Source of the DNA: Candidatus Dormiibacterota bacterium | GTDB lineage: Bacteria > Chloroflexota > Dormibacteria > Dormibacterales > Dormibacteraceae | DNA: 43,508 nt | Assembly (NCBI GenBank): GCA_035280145.1 | Contig: DATEGL010000170.1 | Location: 1 to 43,508 of the forward strand | Direction of reading: 5' to 3' | Part shown: in pieces, positions 38,109 through 43,508 of the stretch | Layout of the letters: the number at the start of each line of letters is the position of its first letter | Numbering within the stretch: position 1 is the first letter of the stretch | Made by a program: the position numbers and the translations under genes | Notes under the pieces: generated by a model | What the model was told of the DNA's origin: nothing | What the model saw: only the letters and a program-made list of their open reading frames with translations | Database searches by the model: none

Positions 38109-38977
38109 TTGATAAGGGGTCCCCGCGAAATCACGCCGAAGGCTCTGATTTCGTGCGGAAAAAGGTTGCTTATCAAGGTGAGCCGGGCGCCTACTCGGAC
38201 GAGGCGGCAACCACCGTCTTCCCCGAGGCCCAGGCGTCCGGCTTTGCAACTTTCCGGCTGACGTTCGAAGCCCTCGAGATGGGCGCGGTCGATGCGGCGG
38301 TGCTCCCGGTCGAGAACTCGAGCGCCGGCGTCGTGCAGGAAGTGTCCGACCTGCTGTGGGAGCTGCCCGGGCTACGAGTGGTCCAGGAGCACATCCACCC
38401 GGTTCGCCACTACCTTCTTGGATGGCCTGGACCGGTCGAACGGGCGCTGTCGCATCCCCAGGCGCTGGCGCAATGCGACCGCTACCTCCACTCGCGCCAG
38501 ATTCGGCCGGTCGCCTACCACGACACCGCCGGCGCGGCCCGTGCGGTGGCGGAGCAGCGGATGCCCGGCACCGCGGCGATCGCCAGCAAGGCCGCGGCCA
38601 GCCGGTACGGATTGTACGTGCTTGCCGAGTCCATCCAGGACGACAGCGAGAACCGGACTCGGTTCGTGGTCGTCGAGAAGGGTGCGCCCGCCCGGCCCAG
38701 GGACGGCAAGTCCGGCTGGAAAGGGTCTATCGCCTTTGTGACCGCCCACCGTCCCGGCAGCCTGGCCCATGCCCTGGACTGCTTCGCCCGCCGGGGCGTG
38801 AACCTGACCCGCCTCGACAGCCGGCCGATGCTGGGCCGGCCGTTCGAGTACCGGTTCTACGTTGACTTCGCGATCAACGGCGAGGCCTCGGCGGCGGCGG
38901 CGGCAGAAGCCGCCCTCAGCGACCTGGAAGAAGCCAGCGCCGAGATCAAGCTGTTCGGCACCTACCCGGCTGCATAA
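38105..38977 (+). CDS. pheA: Prephenate dehydratase (PDT + ACT domains)
   Basis: VAYQGEPGAYSDEAA, AVLPVENSSAGVV, TRFVVV, and the ACT region LTRLDSRP...EYRFYVDF. GTGA overlap with leuA; alternative GTG start at 38153. Confidence 0.9.
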   Translation: MIDKGSPRNHAEGSDFVRKKVAYQGEPGAYSDEAATTVFPEAQASGFATFRLTFEALEMGAVDAAVLPVENSSAGVVQEVSDLLWELPGLRVVQEHIHPVRHYLLGWPGPVERALSHPQALAQCDRYLHSRQIRPVAYHDTAGAARAVAEQRMPGTAAIASKAAASRYGLYVLAESIQDDSENRTRFVVVEKGAPARPRDGKSGWKGSIAFVTAHRPGSLAHALDCFARRGVNLTRLDSRPMLGRPFEYRFYVDFAINGEASAAAAAEAALSDLEEASAEIKLFGTYPAA

Positions 38978-38983
38978 AAATCC

Positions 38984-39065
38984 CCCCTCCCTGAAGGGGT
39001 TGAGGGAACAGGGAGAGGGGCAGCAGAAGCAGGCTGCGGCGGGAAGCACTCAGACCGCAGCCTGC
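38984..39065 (+). terminator. Two consecutive stem-loops after pheA (probable operon terminator region)
   Basis: CCCCTCCCT (38984-38992) pairs with AGGGAG-A-GGGG (39010-39020). A perfect 11-bp inverted repeat follows: GCAGGCTGCGG (39029-39039) / CCGCAGCCTGC (39055-39065). There is no clean U-tract. Confidence 0.4.
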
Positions 39066-39189
39066 AGACAGAAGTTTAACTTAACAACGTTAAGTATGTG
39101 ACGGGATTATGGGCAATGAGTCCCGTTCAAACCCAGGTTTCAGCACGCCCGCAGACATCGCTGAAGGGTTTGCTATAAAGTGACGCTCC

Positions 39190-40569
39190 GTGGCGAGCGG
39201 TCGCACTGACGGATCAGGTGCGGCCGATCCGCGTCCTCGCCGGCGACGGCTACCAGGAGTAAGCCTCCGCCCGGGTTCGGTCAAACAAGCCAGACTCGAG
39301 GCGGGTTTGAGCCTGGCCCAGCTGGGCAAGGGGCATGTCACAGCCCCGGCGATCTACCTGGTCGAGACTGGTCGCACTCGCCCTTCGTTGCCTACCCTCG
39401 AACACATTGCCAGGCGAACGGGCAAGCCGATCGAGTTCTTCCTGGCCGAGCCGGCCGGCGGCGACGAGACGCAGGCCAGTCTGATCGCCCTCGAAGCGAT
39501 GGTTGCCGAGGCTCGCTACCAGGAGGCCATCGCGCTCGGCAGGTCTCTGCTCGACCGCGGATCGTCCGCGTTCCGGCTCGGCCGCATTCGCTACTTCCTG
39601 GCTCAGGCCCACCTCGGCCTGTCTCAGCTGGAGCCGGCCGCGATGCTGCTGGCCGAAGCGCGAGCCCATTTCGAAGCGGTCAACGACGGCGTGATGCTCG
39701 CCGAGTGCATCGGCGCCCAGGCAACCATCGCCAACATGACCCAGTCAAAGGACGCGGTCGCGCTCGCCGAGGCGGCGCTGAAGGTCTGCCGGGCGCTGCC
39801 TACCGTCCCCGCGCTGGCCGAGGCGCGGCTGCTGGCGACCCTCGCCGCCGCCCACATGGCCAACCGCGACTGGGACCAGGCGATCGCCGCCTACGAGAAG
39901 TCGATCGAGATCAGCGGGTCGCTTTTTGACTTGCGTGGCGTCGCCCGGTCGTACGGAGATCTGGCCACCGCCTACTACAAGGCCGGGGAGTCGGAGGCGG
40001 CTTCGCGCTACGCGATGCGATCCGTGGCGGTGCTGGAAGTCCTTCGCGATCGGGCCGGCCTGGCCCGGTCCGAGAGCAGCCTCGCCGGCGTGCTGATGGC
40101 TCGCGGGGACCTCGAGGGCGCCCGGTTGCATCTGGAGCGGTCCCTCGAGCTGTCCAATGAAACGGATCTCGAGGCGGGGCGCAGCCAGGTGCTGCTGAAC
40201 CTCGCCGAGCTGTCCGTTCGCGAGGGCGAGATCGACCGGGCCCATGGCCTTGCCACCGACGCGCTCGAACTGGCCCAACGCCTTGGCGAGGGCGCGGTGA
40301 TCGCCGAAGCGCACGTGCTCCTGGGTCGTATCGCCGATCAGCGCGGCGAGAACGAGGTGGTCGATCGTGAGTTCGACGCTGCGATCCATGGATTCGAGGC
40401 CGTCGGCATGCACGAACGTCTGCTGCAGTGCCACGGCATCTACGCCGAGATCCTCGAGCGCCGCGGAGAGCTGGCCAAGGCCTACGTCCATATGAAAGAG
40501 GCGCTGCAGGCAAGCAGGCCGGGCCTGCTGCGCGACGCAAAACAGCGGGAGAAGGTCAACTCGGCCTAG
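39190..40569 (+). CDS. XRE-family helix-turn-helix transcriptional regulator with a C-terminal TPR domain
   Basis: HTH_XRE block VKQARLEAGLSLAQLGKGHVTAPAIYLVETGRTRPSLPTLEHIARRTGKPIEFF, followed by about 350 aa of TPR-like A/L/E-rich helical repeats. GTG start. Confidence 0.8.
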   Translation: MASGRTDGSGAADPRPRRRRLPGVSLRPGSVKQARLEAGLSLAQLGKGHVTAPAIYLVETGRTRPSLPTLEHIARRTGKPIEFFLAEPAGGDETQASLIALEAMVAEARYQEAIALGRSLLDRGSSAFRLGRIRYFLAQAHLGLSQLEPAAMLLAEARAHFEAVNDGVMLAECIGAQATIANMTQSKDAVALAEAALKVCRALPTVPALAEARLLATLAAAHMANRDWDQAIAAYEKSIEISGSLFDLRGVARSYGDLATAYYKAGESEAASRYAMRSVAVLEVLRDRAGLARSESSLAGVLMARGDLEGARLHLERSLELSNETDLEAGRSQVLLNLAELSVREGEIDRAHGLATDALELAQRLGEGAVIAEAHVLLGRIADQRGENEVVDREFDAAIHGFEAVGMHERLLQCHGIYAEILERRGELAKAYVHMKEALQASRPGLLRDAKQREKVNSA

Positions 40570-40615
40570 CCGCCGGGGACCCTTCAGATCGCGTGTTAAC
40601 GTAGGTTTCGGCCGC

Positions 40616-43009
40616 ATGGCGAAAGCGCTTCGCAACTCGAAGTTCAACCTGACCGCTGAAGCCATAATCGCGGACTACCGGCTCGCGTACAGCAGCCGCC
40701 GAGCGAGCGTCATCGGTCGCGCCGAAGTCCTGCGCGGCAACGCCACCTTCGGCATCTTTGGCGACGGCAAAGAGGTGGCCCAGGTTGCCATGGCGAAGAC
40801 GTTTCGACCGGGTGACTGGCGGGCCGGCTACTACCGCGACCAGACGTTTATGTGGGCGACCCGGATGTCGAACGTCCGCGAGTTCTTCGCCCAGCTTTAC
40901 GGGAACGCCAGCCTGGAAGCTGATCCAGCATCAGGTGGCCGCCAGATGGGCAACCACTTCGCGACGCGGTTCCTTCACGACTCGGGAGAGTTTGCGCGCG
41001 CGGTCGATGCGGCCAACAGCAGCGCCGACGTTTCCAACGTCGCCGGCTGGATGCCGCGCCTGGTCGGGCTTGCATACGCGTCGAAGCTGTATCGCGAGAA
41101 CCCACAGCTGAAGGACGTCGCCGACGGTTTTTCTGTCCACGGGGACGAGGTCGCTTTCGGCACCATCGGCGACGCCGCTACCAGCGAGGGGCTGTTCTGG
41201 GAGACGATGAACGCCGCCGCAGTCATACAGGTTCCGCTCGCGATGTCGATCTGGGACGACGGCTACGGCATCTCGGTTCCCATCGCATACGAAACGACCA
41301 AGTCTTCGATCTCAGATGCGCTTCGCGGCTTCACTCCCGACGACCGCCCAGGCATGGACATCTATGTCGTGCGCGGTTGGGATTACCCGGCCCTCGTCGA
41401 GACATACGCGATCGCCGTCGACAAGGTGCGACGCGAGCACAAGCCGGCTCTGATCCATGTCACCGAGATGACGCAGCCGCAAGGCCACTCGACCAGCGGC
41501 AGCCACGAGCGCTACAAGTCGAAGGAACGGCTGCGCTTCGAGACCGAGTACGACTGTGTGGCGCGCATGCGCGACTGGATCATCGAGTTCGGTATCGCCG
41601 GTGAGTCGCAGCTCGAGGGGTGGGAGGCAGCCGACAAAGAGGCCGTGGAAGCCGCTCGCGACCTTGCGTGGGAAGCCTTCCAGGCGCCGATTCGCGCCGA
41701 GCGAGATCGCGCCGTGGCGGTCCTGCGCCGGATCGACATGCCGGAGGTCGCAGAGCTGACCAACGAGCTGGACGATGCGCACAAGGTCACGAGGGCCCTG
41801 GTGATGTCGACCACCGCGCGCGCCCTTCACCAGCTCCGCGGCATCGAGTCGCCCACGCGTGGTGAGCTGGCGCGTTTCGTCGAGGAATACCGTCGCCAGA
41901 ACGACGAGCGATACAACTCGTTTCTCTACAGCCAGTCGTCCGAATCCCCGCTGAACGTGCCGGTCGTGGCGCCCGTGTATTCCGAGAAGTCGCCGACCGT
42001 CGACGGACGCATGGTCCTGCTGCGCAACTTTGATGCCAACTTCGCTCGCGACCCGCGCATCTTCGTGGTCGGCGAGGACATCGGCCGGCTGGGCGATGTG
42101 AACCTGGTCTTCGAAGGCCTGCAGGCCAAGTACGGCGATCTACGGCTGACCGACACGGGGATCCGGGAGGCCACGATCCTCGGCCAGGCGATCGGCGCCG
42201 CCATGCGCGGACTGCGCCCGATCTGCGACATCCAGTACCTCGACTATTTCCTGTACGCCCTGGAGACGGCGGCTGACGATCTGGCGACGCTGCACTGGCG
42301 CACGGTAGGCGGACAGAAGGCCCCGGTGATCATCAGGACCAAGGGGCACCGCCTGGTCGGAATCTGGCATTCGGGATCGCCGATGTCGGTGCTTTTGAAC
42401 TCGCTCCGCGGCATCTACATCGCGGTGCCGCGCAACGCGACGCAGGCCGCGGGTTTCTACAACACCCTGTTTCGCGGCGACAACCCCGGCGTGGTGATAG
42501 AGGTCCTCAACGGCTACCGGCTGAAGGAGCGGGTGCCGGACAACATCGGGACGTTTACCGTGCCGTTGGGCGTTCCGGAGGTTTTGCGCGAAGGCACCGA
42601 TGCGACGGTCGTCACGTACGGGGCGTGCTGTGCGATCGCCCTGGACGCCGCCGAGACGCTCGAGAGCCTCGGCGTGTCGTGCGAGGTGTTCGACGTGCAG
42701 ACGCTGAATCCATTTGACACCGGCCACGTGCTGGCCCGGTCGCTGGAGAAGACGCACGCGCTCGTGTGCCTGGACGAGGACGTGCCGGGCGGAGCGTCGG
42801 CGTTCATCCTGCAGCAGATTCTCGAGCTGCAGCAGGGGTGGTGGCATCTGGACGCGGCCCCGCGCACCCTTGCGGCGTCATCCAACCGGCCGGCGTACGG
42901 GCCGGACGGGGATTACTTCACGAAGCCGAACCGGGAGAGCATCGTTGAGACGGTGTACGACGTGGTCCGCGAGCGTCAGCCGTGGAGGTTCCCGCCGCTG
43001 GATGCGTGA
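40616..43009 (+). CDS. ThDP-dependent 2-oxoacid dehydrogenase E1 component, fused alpha-beta form
   Basis: 797 aa. The alpha-like half has FGTIGDAATSEGLFWETMNAA. The beta-like half has VVGEDIGRLGDVNLVFEGLQAKYGDLRLTDTGIREATILGQAIGAAMRGLRP, plus a C-terminal transketolase_C-like region. Confidence 0.8.
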   Translation: MAKALRNSKFNLTAEAIIADYRLAYSSRRASVIGRAEVLRGNATFGIFGDGKEVAQVAMAKTFRPGDWRAGYYRDQTFMWATRMSNVREFFAQLYGNASLEADPASGGRQMGNHFATRFLHDSGEFARAVDAANSSADVSNVAGWMPRLVGLAYASKLYRENPQLKDVADGFSVHGDEVAFGTIGDAATSEGLFWETMNAAAVIQVPLAMSIWDDGYGISVPIAYETTKSSISDALRGFTPDDRPGMDIYVVRGWDYPALVETYAIAVDKVRREHKPALIHVTEMTQPQGHSTSGSHERYKSKERLRFETEYDCVARMRDWIIEFGIAGESQLEGWEAADKEAVEAARDLAWEAFQAPIRAERDRAVAVLRRIDMPEVAELTNELDDAHKVTRALVMSTTARALHQLRGIESPTRGELARFVEEYRRQNDERYNSFLYSQSSESPLNVPVVAPVYSEKSPTVDGRMVLLRNFDANFARDPRIFVVGEDIGRLGDVNLVFEGLQAKYGDLRLTDTGIREATILGQAIGAAMRGLRPICDIQYLDYFLYALETAADDLATLHWRTVGGQKAPVIIRTKGHRLVGIWHSGSPMSVLLNSLRGIYIAVPRNATQAAGFYNTLFRGDNPGVVIEVLNGYRLKERVPDNIGTFTVPLGVPEVLREGTDATVVTYGACCAIALDAAETLESLGVSCEVFDVQTLNPFDTGHVLARSLEKTHALVCLDEDVPGGASAFILQQILELQQGWWHLDAAPRTLAASSNRPAYGPDGDYFTKPNRESIVETVYDVVRERQPWRFPPLDA

Positions 43010-43434
43010 GGCGCGACCATGGCGGCCGCGCCCATGATGAGAAGGATTACGGCGAAGCAGGCAGCGACCGTGACCACGACCCAGCGGGACCAGAACCCGT
43101 TGATCTCTACGTTGTTCGGGTCTTTGGGATCGTAGAGGACAGAGATCCTCTGTCCGATCTGAAACGAACCAGACGTTTTGGACTCGGCGGTGATCGGAAC
43201 TCCAGCCGGGGTTGTGAACTGGACGATCGGGAAGTACATGGTGGTCCGTTGCAGCCGCTCCGCCTTGAGGCTCTGGACGGTGGCCGTCGCCTGAGAGGCC
43301 CTGGCGAGGAATCGGCGCTGGGACCTGTAGGCCAGCACCGTCCAGACGATGGCCAGTCCACCGAGAAAGAGACAGACTGGCCCAAACACGGTGTTTGGAA
43401 TCGGAAAACTCATCGCCGCTAGGTTGTACACCAA
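42976..43434 (-). CDS. DUF3592-like small membrane protein
   Basis: An N-terminal TM segment, then a beta-rich core (PIVQFTTPAGVPITAES...GQRISVLYDPKDPNNVEI), then a C-terminal TM segment. Convergent with the E1 gene and overlapping it by 34 nt. Alternative ATG start at 43413. Confidence 0.6.
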   Translation of the reverse strand: MVYNLAAMSFPIPNTVFGPVCLFLGGLAIVWTVLAYRSQRRFLARASQATATVQSLKAERLQRTTMYFPIVQFTTPAGVPITAESKTSGSFQIGQRISVLYDPKDPNNVEINGFWSRWVVVTVAACFAVILLIMGAAAMVAPHASSGGNLHG

Positions 43435-43508
43435 AGTCCCAAGGAAGGCGCCAGGTTAGGTCAGGTCGCCGGGCAGGTACTCCACGACCGACAGCATTGG
43501 CGCCCGGC

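Noticed and set aside
39109-39183. 24-codon ORF upstream of the XRE-TPR regulator as an RNPP-type signalling pro-peptide
   Set aside because: It has no hydrophobic export signal, only a weak ribosome-binding site, and it sits upstream rather than in the usual arrangement. It is kept only as a note inside the regulator finding.
43456-43508. Possible 3-prime end of a further minus-strand CDS (...MLSVVEYLPGDLT, stop at 43456-43458)
   Set aside because: Only about 17 codons are visible, which is too short to support a call.

Overview
GC-rich bacterial chromosomal window with dense, tightly coupled coding and no rRNA, tRNA, CRISPR, transposase or integrase that I could recognise. It holds two kinds of content. 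(1) Envelope and glycan genes. On the plus strand at 2-5349 lie the end of a repeat protein, a GH18 enzyme with 5 repeats, and a GT-C membrane glycosyltransferase. On the minus strand, 25450->5426 forms a roughly 20-kb co-directional block. It runs amidase-FN3-4 repeats, a Wzy_C/O-antigen-ligase-family protein, a beta-propeller with 3 repeats, a head-less 3-repeat protein, then a 13-gene translationally coupled nucleotide-sugar/glycan operon. That operon encodes a sugar dehydrogenase, GT4, a flippase, a PglF/CapD-type dehydratase, a TylF-type methyltransferase, a split transketolase, two aminotransferases, a PglC-like initiating transferase and three more methyltransferases. A second plus-strand module at 27325-31309 encodes a GT2 polyprenyl-phosphate sugar synthase, an epimerase, a methyltransferase and a GT-C enzyme. 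(2) Branched-chain amino-acid genes: ilvD; leuDC, divergent from ilvB-ilvN-ilvC-leuA-pheA; then an XRE-TPR regulator, a fused E1 alpha/beta 2-oxoacid dehydrogenase and a DUF3592 protein. The most unusual feature is a ~95-aa, two-cysteine, triple-tyrosine (Y_Y_Y-like) repeat. It is present in at least 17 copies at the C-termini of five secreted proteins with different or absent catalytic heads, interleaved with the glycan genes. I read it as a candidate undescribed wall-glycan anchoring or glycosylation-target module. I also found a leader-peptide attenuator upstream of ilvB by eye. All functional calls rest on motif recognition in the supplied translations; no searches were run.
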